Assembly (NCBI RefSeq): GCF_006345805.1
Contig: NC_043000.1
Coordinates: 133,548,001-133,612,000 of the forward strand
Direction of reading: 5' to 3'
DNA from: Octopus sinensis
Lineage: Eukaryota
DNA length: 64,000 bases
Every line of letters begins with the position of its first letter. Position 1 is the first letter of the stretch. A model generated the notes under the pieces. That model worked only from the letters and a program-made list of their open reading frames with translations. It searched no databases and was not told the DNA's origin. The position numbers were made by a program, and so were the translations under genes. Below, piece by piece: positions 12,321 to 24,602 of this stretch.

Positions 12321-13365
12321 AAAAGAGAATCATAGTGATGAAGGAAAAAGAAAGAGAGATAAAGAGAACAGAGATCTCCATTCTAAATATTCGTTTGCTC
12401 ATACATAGAATTCTTTTAATATACATGGATATATATAAATATGCATGTACCCATTCTTACACACATATAGAAACAATATCGTATCCTGAATAGCCGCAAC
12501 AAGACGCTTTAAAGCTGCTACAAATACGAGGCCTTACTTTTCCTAAGGATTTCTCACGACAAATGCACACTCAACAAAGATTATATCCCAAATATTTTCT
12601 TCTAAGTGAAATAAAAACCCTTCAATCTGTAACAATTGCTAATCTACAGAACTCAGATGACAACCATATTGGAGTACTATTTCTACATCTAGGACGGTGC
12701 TACTAGCGCACCTTCGAAAGGCTGCATAAAAGGGCCACTTTTATTAAGAAGTTGCTCACCAATTCGCTCCCAGTCTTTCTCACACCGATTTACTATCTAT
12801 TCTCTCCATCTTTTCAACCATTACTACAGTGGCTTCTAATATTCAGATCTGACTAGTTTCATTATCACATCTACTCAGAGACCTTAAATTCACTTGTCTT
12901 CCATTTTCTTTTTGTTTTCGTTTCCAAACTCCATACTAACCCACTGCGTTCAAAATAGCTCCCCTGTACATCGTCCCTTTGAAATGCTTTCCCTGCCCAT
13001 GTTTAATATGCAGCCTTCAATTTGCAACTATATAAGAGAAATATTAACTGCATCGATCTCATTAGTCTTGGCAGCCAAGAATATTTATAGATAACTCCCA
13101 GGTTATGTCTTGATTGGGTAAATTTATGAATAAAATAATTTAGTCAGTTTGTGTATCCAGGACTAGATTATCTAATAAGTTAATCTATTTTTTTTGAAGA
13201 TGGTGGCGTGATACGAGAATCATTTGGCTGCTATTTCCTTTGGGTTGCAGCGACCACCTATACGCTTAGACTTGCATTTTGGTTGGTAACTCTGGCGTTG
13301 TAATCAGCAGTCAGTGGCAATTGCACACTTTTTTAATACAATATAATAAATAAATGCGCCCTTTT

Positions 13366-13603
13366 AAAGCCTAGCCAGGCTCATGGGCCCGGTTTCCCGG
13401 TTTCTATGGAGGATGTGTTCCCTAGCTGGACGGGACGCCAGTCCATCGCAGCGTTACTCATTTTTGCCAGCTGAGTGAACTGGAGCAACGTAAAATGAAG
13501 TGTTTTGCTCAAGGACATAACGCGTCACCTGGTTCAGGAATCGAAACCACAATCTTACGATCATGAGGATGCTGAAACCCTAACCACTAAGCCACGCGCC
13601 TCC
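13366..13603 (-). mobile_element. Family C SINE (tRNA head + CORE-like + V-like block + gaaaccgggaaaccgg tail)
   Basis: Head ggaggcgcgtggcttagtggttagg; B box gtttcgattcc; tgcgatggactggcgtcccgtccag. Confidence 0.9.
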
Positions 13604-14683
13604 TTTTATACAATATAGAGAAGAGAAATAGAGAGTGAGAGAGAGATAGGGAAAAATAAAGAAAGGGAGAGGGAGAGAGAAAGAGAAAGGGAGAGAAAGA
13701 AGAGATATAAAATAACCCCTCGAGGAACATATTCTCGATAAAATAATTATCAGACAGAAATAAGGACAGAGGTCGAATGATTTTGCTAAAATGCTTGAAG
13801 GTGGTGCCCCAGAATGGCCGCAGTTCAATGACTGAAACCAGCAACATAGCAACAGAATAAAAGAATGTTTTTAAAAATGAAAAAAATCATAGTGTGTAAA
13901 CCAACAATACTTCTCTTTTTCACTCTCCTCTTCTTTCCATATCTCTCATTGCATGAATATACATACAAACACGCATGCGTGTAATGTATGCATTTCATGG
14001 ACCTATCATATATGTCTGCATTTATAACCATACCTGTCCCATCCATAATGCAGTATGCAATGATTTGCGCACACCTTCTCTCTCTCTATTCTATTTGCCG
14101 TAGATGGATATGTGTGCGTGCGTAGAAAACAAAATATAAAATGTAAAACCAAGCTTGAAAAAAAATTCACGTGTGTCTATGTGTGTGTGTGTGTAAGTGT
14201 GTGTGTGTGTGTGCATAGACAGTATATGTGTGTGGGTGGTACTTGTACGTATGTTCGTGTGTTTCTGTGTATGCATGAACGTATGTACAACCGCGAGCGT
14301 TATCTCGATCTCGTCTGTCGACATAATCAATCACTGGCTACTACACATTTGCTTCAGTGGTTTTCTGCAATCTTTACTGCATGACATGTTAGAAGAGTTG
14401 TAATTCTCTGAGCAGAAGTTTCAATTTCAGTGAAAGCCGTGGAGCATTTTAATAGAATGTTGTTGAGTGATCAGCCAGACTTAAAACTCTAAAGCAATAG
14501 ATTCAGCTTAAACATTTCATCTGGCATTAACATGAAATTATTTAATAGACCGTGATTGGCTCTTGATTTTGCATTACAATCGTAGCGAATGCATTGCACG
14601 ATGTTGTTCGCTTCCTTTCTGGAACAGCTTAAACTTACGAGGGAGTCGCTAGAGGTTGTTCGACTTGCTAGAAATAACAATTA

Positions 14684-14903
14684 CGGTGGGTGGCTGAAAA
14701 GTTCCTGGCTTTAAGAGTATCTCGAAAAGCCTGATTGAAGGCCCAACCTTCCGATTTCTTTTACAGGACTTAGACAATCTGAAGGACCGCTGCGATGAGT
14801 AGGTGAAGCTGAGAGGGGAATGTGCTGAATAACATCATAACTAACTAATCTTCCCGCATTATTTTTTTTGCCCAGAGCCAGGAACTTTCCAGCCCCTACC
14901 TCG
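14684..14903 (+). mobile_element. Mariner-derived MITE
   Basis: TA flanks at 14682-83 and 14904-05; imperfect TIRs CG.TGGG..GCTGAAAAGTTCCTGGCT / AGCCAGGAACTTTCCAGCCCCTACCTCG; internal LKDRCDE*VKLRGECAE resembles a mariner C-terminus. Confidence 0.85.
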
Positions 14904-14941
14904 TACATATCCTTAGAATAATACTCTACTATATAAAAAGA

Positions 14942-15386
14942 CTAGCTATTTTGACCCGTGCTTTGCTCGGGTTTTGTTGGTGGTGTTGTCTCCTTTTCCC
15001 TTTCTTCTTTTGTTCGTCTTCTTTGCCTGGTTCTTTTCATTGCCCTCTTCTTTACCTCCCTTTCCAAAATCCCCCAAATTTTTACACCCACAATTAAAGA
15101 TAATCGCCTCTAGCCCCTGCAGCAACTCGAAAAGCCACCATTATTCAAACAGCGCAACCTGTCTATCCCATAAAACTCAATTTTTCCCATATTCCTCACC
15201 ATGGCAATCAAACGGTAGCCCCGAGCAACTTACAGCCCTCTTCACACCACTGCCCACCCCATTTTACCCCAGTGTAAAGTTTGGCGCCAATCCGACCCCA
15301 TCTACGGCCCTTTAAAATGAGACAAATAACCAAGAAATCAAACAACTTTTTCGCATTTCAGCTTTATAGATATTGAAGAGAGAGAT
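14942..15386 (-). mobile_element. Non-autonomous Helitron-like element
   Basis: Minus strand ends cccgagcaaagcacgggt (hairpin)...CTAG/T; 5' end TC-tat in the 15369-15386 region (exact end uncertain). Confidence 0.65.
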
Positions 15387-15667
15387 AATACCGTCGGTCG
15401 GAATACCTTTGTTCAAAGGTGTGCGTGATCGGTGTTGGTTCAGGACTAAACAAACAAAAACAACAATAATAAACTAAACTGCTTTAAAAACTAAAATATT
15501 TCTGTTCTGGTGATACTTTGCTTATCTGATAGTGTAGTGGGCTACAAGGTTGATGTTGATCTTGCAAGATTTTGAATACTGTATGTTATGGCATACATTT
15601 AGAGACATATACAGTGAAATCTAGCGATACAACCACATACACGTACGTCGCATACGTGTACACACAC

Positions 15668-15887
15668 CAATAATCCTTTCTACCATAAGCACAAGACCTG
15701 AAATTTTGTGGGAAGGGATAATCGCCTGCATTGACCCCAGTACTCGACTGGTACTTATTTCATCGACCTCGAAATGACGAAAGATAAAGTCGACCTCGGC
15801 GGAATTTGAACTCAGAACATAAAGACAGACGAAATGCCTCTAAGCATTTTGCCGGAAATGCCAACGACTGTGCCAGCTCGCTGCCTT
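15668..15887 (-). mobile_element. Old family B SINE
   Basis: Head ggcagcgagctggcacag, central block, tail ending ggtagaaaggattatt. Confidence 0.85.
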
Positions 15888-16279
15888 CAAACACGCATTA
15901 ACGATGATAAAAATAAAGCATTATCAGAAATAAAAGAGATATCGTTTCTTTATTTACATACTGATATATAAGTCTTAGAATTTTCTTTGGGAAATGATGT
16001 GGAATACTGCATGAATCCTTTTATCTTTTTTTTCCTTTTGATGTTCTCTAGCACTGCAGAGTGAACACATTCCTTCACAGCTGAACGAAATGTAGTTTGT
16101 TACTGACAAGTCATTGAGATTTTCCCCAGTTTGATTTTGCAACAGCAGTATTTATTTTTCGCTCTACATGATCTCATCATAGCAACAGGGATTTATTGAA
16201 AGGCTTTGTCATATAGTATCATATTGGGGTAAGTTGGACGAAGAATAGATATAGATGGCACGTATGACTTTGTTATCTA

Positions 16280-16583
16280 GTGGAGGCACATGGCCTAGTG
16301 GTTAGAGCAGCGGACTCGCGATCTCTCGATCGCGGGTTCGAATCTCAGACCGGGTGATGTGTGTGTTTATGAGCGAAAACACCTAAGCTCCACGCGGCTT
16401 CGGCAGAAGGTAATGGCGAACTTCTGCTGACTCTTTCGCCACAACTTTCTCTCACTCTTTCCTCCTGCAGCTTACCTGCGACTGACCGACATCCCGTCCA
16501 GGTGGGGAACCTATGCGCCAAGGAAACCGGGAAACAAGCTCTTATGAGCCACGTGTGGCTCGAGAAAAAACAAACAACAACAA
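16280..16583 (+). mobile_element. Family C SINE, subtype with gagcgaaacacctaagctccacg body
   Basis: A box tggcctagtggttag, B box ggttcgaatct; short TSD atctag. Confidence 0.9.
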
Positions 16584-16739
16584 TCTAGCTAAACCTTGTT
16601 CAAAGAAAAAGTGAGACTTGGAAACAGCCTGTTTGTGCAAGTGCAATCAGTCAAAAACTTCTCATACTGAATGTCAGATTCATCAGGAGAAAATATACAT
16701 CGTTTTGGGGCCTTTCTCTCGACAACTTTACAACGCATT

Positions 16740-17130
16740 GATGTGACGACCCAGCATACGGTTCGACTGATTAGTGTTCGACCTCAAGTCCATTTCGTGA
16801 TCATCATCTCTCCAGCCAGCTTTCATCTTTCTTTTTCAGTCGTATCCAATGGCTGGCTTTCTCAACTGTCGCCTGGATCCCTTTCAAGATGGCGCTTGCT
16901 TGCTGATGTGGGAGACCAACTGACAGCAGCCACCGTCTCAGTTTGGTTCCAGTTAAACTCATACACGCAGCTCCTATAGGACAGTTTACTGCACTCCAAC
17001 CAGCATCTATACAGCCTTCGAGTAGCGTTTTATAACGCTCGTCTCTCTTAACCTGAGCCGCATTTGTACAAGTAATTTCTTTTCCAGTGAATAATTAACT
17101 TGTGTTTGAAGTGAATGTGACAAGAAGAGA
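16740..17130 (-). mobile_element. 3' remnant of a restriction-like-endonuclease non-LTR retrotransposon, HERO-like
   Basis: Minus strand KLIIHWKRN / (frameshift) AAQVKRDERYKTLLEGCIDAGWSAVNCPIGAAC..KLRRWLLSVGL..IQATVEKASHWIRLKKKDESWLER* (stop at 16804-16806) matches the recalled HERO C-terminus ELTVPWEE..RK..KY..L..C..AGW....PVEVGCRG..AERAS.WLWL. Confidence 0.7.
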
Positions 17131-18121
17131 TTTGCTTTGCGGTAACCATTTTCAAAAATAAATATCTTTATACCTCTCTCTAAATATCGATCCACAATGG
17201 AACATTGAAAATAGCAGGTTGCTAAAATTTCAAAAGTTTGTTATGCAGTATATATCTTTTTATGCTTTTCTTTTAGACTTGTAGGTTCAATTATATTATA
17301 TAAGCTTTATTTATTTAAGTGTACTTTTAGTGTATTTTTAGTTTAGTCTTGGTTTTGATTTTAATTAAGGAGGTATAATTATGAAGATATAATTAATGTT
17401 GGTTCATATGGGATTAATAAATCGCTCACATTCACACATAAATGTAGTTTCACTTTTGTTCTCTTTTATATAGATATAAACAAATATATAATAGTTTGTA
17501 TGAATTCCTTATTCTCTTCTGCGTCAAAATTAAGAATTTTGGATAGCATATGCATACAAAACATTTGATCAAAGGATTCATCTGCATATACCATCTAAAA
17601 TTTCTTAAGTTTTGACACACAAAAGAATTAAGTATTCGTATGAAGTATTTCTGTATTCATAAGAGAGAACAACGGTGAAACAATACATTTAGGAATGTGT
17701 GAACGCAAACCACAATTCATTCATATCATAAGAGCCACCATTAATTATAGCTTCTTAATTACAACTCTTTAATTAAAATTAAAAATAAACTAATATATAC
17801 TAAAATATGGCTTATTTAAAACTAAAACTTAACTTACGTGATAGAAGCATGTTACACTTCATACTAGTCTTTTAGAATGTAAAATTATAGTAAACTGCTG
17901 CTAGTTTCGCTATTGTCTTGAATAGCTATTAGGTGAGAAGTAGAAATATTTGAGCAAAAATAAAATGAAGTATGATAAAATTAAATAACTACCTTAAATA
18001 TCCTTTCATGTATTATCCATTTTCAACAGGAATTAAATAGTTCCTCCTCTAAAAGCCAAACAACCAAAAGAATTCTTTGTTTCTTTAAACAATGTTTACT
18101 TAGATAACAAAATCATACATA

Positions 18122-18645
18122 CGAAGATCGGTTGAAAAGATATTGACTAAGACACTCCCGTGGAATGTGACCAAACGAGGTTTATTTTTCAACAGGCTTC
18201 TTGTTCTTCTTGTACACACACTTCTTCCATCGGTGTTGCAGGGCTTGAATCCCATTGGTGAAAACGCTTTCACCCTGTTGCTCAAACAAATTATCAACAA
18301 CTGATATGACGTCACCATCACTGTGATACTGGTTCCCAGCTAAGCGTTTTTTCATGTTGGCGACAGGTGATAGTCCGATGAGGCCAAATCAGAAGAAAAT
18401 GGAGGGTGACCAACCCATTCAAAGCCACAGTCACGCACAGCGGCTATTGAAACCAAGGACTTGTGTGCTGGAGCAAAGTCCTGATGAAACCATATCCCTT
18501 TCGCCAGTCTTCCTCGGCGTTTGGTCTTGGTAGCCTTTCGTAACTGCTTCAGCAAACTAGCATAGTACTTTCCATTGATGGTGTGGCCCTTTTGAACATA
18601 GTCAATAAACACAATACCTTTTGCACATCACCTTCCCTGCAGATG
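18122..18645 (-). mobile_element. Mariner 3' half (D,D34D region), same family as 38538
   Basis: FIDYVQKGHTINGKYYASLL..WFHQDFAPAH..HPPFSSDLASSDYHL; TIR-like end TA/CGAAGATCGGTTGAAAAG. Confidence 0.9.
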
Positions 18646-18649
18646 AAAC

Positions 18650-18826
18650 GAGGCTAGCAGTTTTGGGGGAAAGGGGCAAGTCGATTATCTTGACCCCAGT
18701 ATTTGACTGGTACTTATTGACCTCGAAAGGATGAAAGACGAAATCGACCTCAGAACGTAAAGAGTCGAAAGAAATGTCGCTAAGCATTTTGTCCGACACA
18801 CCAACGCTTCTGCCAGCTTGCTGCTT
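18650..18826 (-). mobile_element. Old family B SINE
   Basis: Head gcagcaagctggcagaagcgttgg; central block with an internal deletion. Confidence 0.8.
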
Positions 18827-18902
18827 TAATGAAATCGAACACTGAAAACTGAATCGGATAATGAATAGTGAAGTTGCTTTAAACCATTGCATATAATGCA
18901 TA

Positions 18903-19205
18903 TGTTTGTTCCTTCTCGAGCCACGCCTGGCTCATAAGGGCCGGTTTCCCGGATTCCTTGGCGCATAGGTTCCCCACCTGGACGGAACGCCGGTCCATCG
19001 CAGGTGAGCTGCTAGATGCAGGAAGAAAGAGTGAGAGAAATTTGTGGCGAAAGAGTGAGCAGAAGTTCGCCATTACCTTCTGCCAGAGTCGCTTGGAGCC
19101 TAGGTGTTTTCGCTCATAAACACTCACATCGCCCGGTCTGAGATTCGAACCCGCGATTCCTCGACCGCGAGTCCGCTGCTCTAACCACCAGGCCATGTGC
19201 CTCCA
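18903..19205 (-). mobile_element. Family C SINE
   Basis: A and B boxes; 13-bp TSD catataatgcata at 18890-18902 and 19206-19218. Confidence 0.95.
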
Positions 19206-19659
19206 CATATAATGCATAAATTACATCAAACGCTGACTGATACTCTGCTATAGCATGATCACTAGAACGTATTTCTATCATCTAACTTACCGAGTAATAA
19301 AACTGAAGTAAACATAACCAGAAGGGTAAGTGTGCTTTTATCCGCGGTATGAACCTCCCTAAAAACTACAATAGTAAGACTCCTTTTGAAAACTAATGGA
19401 AAATCGGTTAATAATACAATGCTCCTACTCTCCTCGGCATTGGGTTATTCTTGCTTTCTTGAGTTTATTTAAAATTACTATAGCTCATTGTGAATAATGC
19501 GTCTTGGGTAAAGAGGCGACGTTATGATTGGGAGTAGGATATAAAAGTAAAAATACGTGTTTCATATATTTGATAAGCAGATTTTATATAGTAGGTGAAC
19601 TGATAAAATGTTGATCTAGGGGTTAGTTCATTAAAGTGAATAACTGCTTCGTGCATTAA

Positions 19660-19910
19660 AATGTTCCTTTTCGAGCCATGCCAGGCTCATAAGGGCCGGT
19701 TTCCCGGTTTCAGTGGCGTAGAAATTCCCCACCTGGGCGGGACGCCAATCCGTCGCAGGATTACTCATTTTTGCCAGCTGAGTGGACTGGAGCAACGTGA
19801 AAATGAAGTGTTTTGCTCAAGAACACAACGCATCGCCCGGTCCAGGAATCGAAACCACAACCTTACGATCATGAGTTCAACACCTTAACCACTAATCCAC
19901 GCGCCTCCAC
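19660..19910 (-). mobile_element. Family C SINE (CORE-like + V-like subtype)
   Basis: A and B boxes; 14-bp TSD with 2 mismatches (gcttcgtgcattaa / gctttgcgcattaa). Confidence 0.9.
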
Positions 19911-20459
19911 GCTTTGCGCATTAAGGCTGTAGAAATTCAAGTAGAGGGTGGTGAACTGGCAGACATGTTTGAGCGGTAGGTATTTTTTAATCACACCACC
20001 TCGTTATGATTTCGAATCCCACCAAGATCAACTTTCGTCTTTCATTACTACAATGAATACCAGTGACCTATCGAGGCTGATATAGTCAACTATACTCTGC
20101 TCCTCAAATGTGAAGCTTTGTGCGCCAGTATTAGGCATCTTTATCCTGCTTGTTGGTTTTATGTCACACTCTAAGAAAGTCAGTAACGAATGCACCCATA
20201 GACTCTAATATAGTTTGATGTAAATCAACGGATTTCTTTCAGTAGCTGCAGTTAGTGCAACTCCGGCGGCATGATACGAACTTATACCCATCTGTTCAAC
20301 TATTTGTGACGTCTTTATGTTGTTGCTGCTTAACCCCAGGCCAGCACCACTCATCTAACTCTACGATAAGAGACAAACCAATGACAAGTTTGCTGTCTCT
20401 TTGAAAATCTAAGATTATATTGTTCAATATAATCTACTTCGCTGCCACGTAGAGTCTTC

Positions 20460-22608
20460 TCTGCAATTAATCTTGAAATTCTAACCGAGGCTTCCGCGCT
20501 TCTGGACTGGCGATCTCTGATGACGTTGTCCTCAGTTGACGAACTATGGTCATCCCTCAAAGCATATGTAATCTGGTTGACTGACCAGGCAGTTCCCGTT
20601 GGGCTTCCCAAGAAGAAGAAACACAAGCCCTGGGTGACGAAGAAGGTTAAACGAGAACGTCGACTCAGAGATATTGCTTGGGCTGAATTCAAAAATCTGG
20701 ATTCGACTGCAGCTTTTGAGGTGTACAAAACTCAACGAGACCGAGCCGTGAAAATTGAAAAGGAAGAACGCTTCAGTTATGAATACAAAATCGCGGCAAA
20801 TGCCAGTAGCAATCCAAAAACCTTCTTTGCCCATGTCCAACGGAATTTCCGCTTGAACAACCAGATTGCAACGTTGGTAGACTCAACAGGCGTATCGATT
20901 GAGGACCCTTATCAACAGAGTCAATTATTTGCCGAGGCTTTTTCAACTATTTTCAAACAAGATGATGGTCGTGAACCCCCTCCATTTGATAGATCGGTAC
21001 CTCCAATGCTTCGATTGGTCATCACGCGGGACGAAGTCAAACGTGTTATTCAAGGCCTCGATGTCAACAAGGGTCACGGCCCTGACGGCATACACCCACG
21101 GGTTATCAAAGCGTTGGCTCCGGTCATCTGCGAGCCCTTAACACGTCTATTCAATATGTCATTGGCGACGGGTGTTATACCTGCGGACTGGAGAACAGCG
21201 ATAATCTGCCCAATTTTCAAGAAAGGGAGCCGCGAAGACCCGCTTAACTACCGACCGGTTTCCCTTACATCAATAATCAGTAAGATGTTTGAAACCATCC
21301 TTAAGATAAGTATGATGCTCCACCTCCAAAACACAGCCTCTATCTCTGATTCCCAACACGGCTTCGTGCCGAAGAGATCATGCTTGACCAACTTACTGGT
21401 AATGGAAGAATTGGTGACGCGCATCCTCGATGATAGTGATGCTGTTGACATCGTTTTATTGGACTTTGCCAAAGCTTTTGACTCGGTAAACCACCGCCTA
21501 TTACTTGTCAAGCTTCAAGCATATAGTTTCCATCCGGATATTGTACGATGGGTTGGCGCCTTCCTCTCAGATCGCTCCTTCCAAGTCCAAGTTAATGGTT
21601 CGCGGTCCGACGCCTCCAGTGCGAGCAGTGGCGTGCCTCAAGGTTCAGTGCTTGGGCCCTTATTGTTCTTAGTCTTCATAAATGACTTGCCCGACGACCT
21701 CACGCAACACACCCTTCTATTTGCCGACGATATCAAACTGGTCGCTCCTCGCGGTGATATAGAGGATCTTCGTCGATGCCTCCACCAAATTTGGAAGTGG
21801 TCTAACGAATGGGACCTGTGTCTGAACGTGTCAAAGTGCTGTCATCTGCCTGTTGGCTCTCCTCCTGCAACTCAACTTGATTTCGAGCCGGGTCGTCTGC
21901 TGCTGGAGAGGACCGATCAGGTAAAGGACCTGGGTATCTTGGTGGATTCCTCCTTTTCGCCTTCGGCCCAGTGCGTCCATGCTGCCAACAAAGCACGCGG
22001 AATTCTGTTCTTGATTCGACGGTCATTCGGAATGCTCACAGCAGCCATATTCCTACCACTCTATGTCACGCTGATGAGACCCATATTGGAGTACGGGATT
22101 CAAACCTCTTCTCCTTATCTCCTCAAAGACATACAGCATCTCGAAAGAGTCCAGAAGCTGGCTACCCGCATGGTTCATAGTCTCAAAAATTTGTCCTATG
22201 AAGAAAGGCTGAGGACGCTCGACCTTTATTCTCTTGAAAAACGCCGCCGCCGTGGTGATCTCATTCTCGCCCACAACATCATAAGCGGAAAGTGTAACCT
22301 CTCGAAAGAGCTGTTCTTCACTCCTGCTCCAGAGCGTCGGCTGCGGGGTCATTCCGAAAAGCTCTACCTGCGACGATTTCATCTCAATCGAAGGAGAGGA
22401 GCTTTCTCCGTCCGGGTTGCGGATCCGTGGCACAAGCTGCCAGACGAGATGGTGAAGATGCCGACGACCGCTTTGTTCAAAGCCTCCCTTGACCTCAAGT
22501 GGCCTGAACTCTTTACATGAACACCACCCTATACTTAACTCCATGTCCCCCTACATGGCCTTGCTATTTGCTTTTGAGCCAAATTAACTAACTAACTAAC
22601 TAACTAAT
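20460..22608 (+). mobile_element. 5'-truncated CR1-group LINE with stem-loop 3' UTR and (TAAC)n tail
   Basis: RT ORF (see CDS entry); 3' UTR hairpin ccatgt-ccccct-acatgg at 22541-22558; (TAAC)5 at 22585-22604; visibly GC-richer than the flanks. Confidence 0.93.
20520..22520 (+). CDS. LINE ORF2 fragment: reverse transcriptase plus CR1-type C-terminal domain; endonuclease missing (frame open from 20433)
   Basis: GPDGIHPRV, NYRPVSLTS, QHGF..RSCLTNL, LDFAKAFDSV, SGVPQGSVLGPLLF, FADDIKL, KDLGI, LEKRRRRGDLI, RGHSEKL, FSVRV..W..LP; no stops in 666 codons. Confidence 0.92.
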   Translation: MTLSSVDELWSSLKAYVIWLTDQAVPVGLPKKKKHKPWVTKKVKRERRLRDIAWAEFKNLDSTAAFEVYKTQRDRAVKIEKEERFSYEYKIAANASSNPKTFFAHVQRNFRLNNQIATLVDSTGVSIEDPYQQSQLFAEAFSTIFKQDDGREPPPFDRSVPPMLRLVITRDEVKRVIQGLDVNKGHGPDGIHPRVIKALAPVICEPLTRLFNMSLATGVIPADWRTAIICPIFKKGSREDPLNYRPVSLTSIISKMFETILKISMMLHLQNTASISDSQHGFVPKRSCLTNLLVMEELVTRILDDSDAVDIVLLDFAKAFDSVNHRLLLVKLQAYSFHPDIVRWVGAFLSDRSFQVQVNGSRSDASSASSGVPQGSVLGPLLFLVFINDLPDDLTQHTLLFADDIKLVAPRGDIEDLRRCLHQIWKWSNEWDLCLNVSKCCHLPVGSPPATQLDFEPGRLLLERTDQVKDLGILVDSSFSPSAQCVHAANKARGILFLIRRSFGMLTAAIFLPLYVTLMRPILEYGIQTSSPYLLKDIQHLERVQKLATRMVHSLKNLSYEERLRTLDLYSLEKRRRRGDLILAHNIISGKCNLSKELFFTPAPERRLRGHSEKLYLRRFHLNRRRGAFSVRVADPWHKLPDEMVKMPTTALFKASLDLKWPELFT

Positions 22609-24602
22609 ATGTTCTTTTTTCTTATAAATTACTTATGAGCAATTTGGGGAGATGTGACTATTATTTCTAGCATGTTGTGCTCGCATATAGAATTTATCGT
22701 TGGTTCGCGTGACTCTTTTATGGCTGGCGATGATTAATTAAAAGTGTCGGCGGAGGAGGGGATAATATTTTATTCAAGTAATAATATTTTATACAACAAT
22801 TGATATTTTATAAGCCAGATTTAATTTGCAAGAAACTATAATGGGAATTACAGGAAATAAAACTTGTTTGACGACATTGTTACAATGGAATATCATACTC
22901 TCTTTTGGTAATCAGAAACAATACAAAGCATTTCTTTGTTAAACCGCAACGGACAATCCAATCAGGTGGACAACGTGTGGAGGCAGAAGCCAGATTTTTA
23001 TGTATTGTTTAAATGAGAGGAAAGAAAAGCGATTAGGCCTGAAATGTGAAGATGCAAATGAGAAATAGAAAATACTCAGAAAAAGATTAGACAATTGTCT
23101 GCTCAAATTTGTAAAGGGAAGAGAAGACTTGTTAAAAAATAGCTCTTCAGTTAAGTGGTCAATCAGATATAGATTTTTTGTGTGTGTGTCCGTTTTATTT
23201 TTCATTTCTTTTTAAATGGGAGATTGAAAATTGTTTCTTTTGAATAGGTTTTGTAGATTTTTAACTGCAACTATCACTTTGTTAATCCTGAATTGTATTT
23301 TGAAGATTTGTCAATAGCAGCAGCAGCAAGACCACTGAAAATGTTTTGTAGTATTTATCAAATAATAATAATTCTTTCTAATTTCAGCACAAGGCCAGCA
23401 ATTTTGAGGGGAGGAGGAAATCGATTACATTGACGGCAGTGTTCAAATGGCACTTTTGTTTTTGCTAACCCCCAAAAAGGATTGACAAATTTATGCACCA
23501 CGGGGTCGATTATAGAGAAGCGGACATTCTAGTCCCGCACTCATGGCTCAAGTGGTGCCGAGAACTGAAGATCTCAGAAAAGAGTATATACCTGGTAGGA
23601 AATGTGATGCATGATCAATTGTCTCGGAAAATCATTGCTATTTGTTTGCTTTCTATATTCTGAATAAGAAATACATAGTTCAACGACAGAACAGTGAAAA
23701 AATATTTTTAGCATTCAGATACCGACATCTCCAGCTCGCTGGATTTCATGACCGAACAAACAGCAACCAATTACAAGTTGTATTATAATCTTTCTGATCG
23801 TCCTGACATAATGTCGGAAAATATTTACCAGAGATCTCCGATCTCTGAAACCACTTCATCAACTTCATCAATGATTTCCTCTCAATCATTTTCGATTACA
23901 TACATTACTGTTGACGATGTCAATCTCCATTATTCTCTCTCCTTTTAGCTATACGCTTCAACGATTTTAAAATTCTGAAATGGTTAACTCAAATTCCATT
24001 TTCTATAACAACTACCTACGCTGTATAAAACCTTCACGTCCTCTGTCACGGAGTAATTACATCGTAAATCAAGGATGAGGAGGGCAGCAGGAATAAGTGC
24101 CCTCGACTTCATAGGCATCTCCCAAAACCATTAAAACATAAAATGAAATATTAGATGGAATTAGATTAGTCTCCATTTCTGCTACCCTAATTCGTTGAGG
24201 CATCTCAAAACAGAATTAGTTCCAACATGTGTGAAAATCTAACAAATATCACTGCAGAAAAAATCGTACCCCATCCACATTAAGATATCTTAAATGAATG
24301 ATATTGCTAGCAATACGAACTTAAATCCCACAGGAAACTGCATATTGAAACTTATGAAAAGGAACGGACGTCATCAACACGCCAACTATGTGACCAACCA
24401 AAAGAAAAATATAAAAAAAAAGAAGTTACGAAAATCGCTGGCAAACACATGACCTACTCGTATCAGTCAATTTGAACCGACGCCATCGACAACACAACCA
24501 ACTACATAACCATTTACCACGACGCAAACAAACTTTAAAGACCAAAAGCAATAAATTCATTTCATTTTTTTCATACACTAAGAAGTGTCCTTTGAATTAA
24601 CA

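Noticed and set aside
12490-13100. Coding-like decayed stretch (similarly 23700-24540)
   Set aside because: No recognisable motif and no sustained frame
16280-16350. tRNA-like sequences at SINE heads
   Set aside because: A and B boxes are present, but there is no complete cloverleaf or acceptor stem and each runs into a SINE body; not tRNA genes
19254-19325. Consensus donor AAGG/GTAAGT with an upstream acceptor
   Set aside because: All frames closed; no other support
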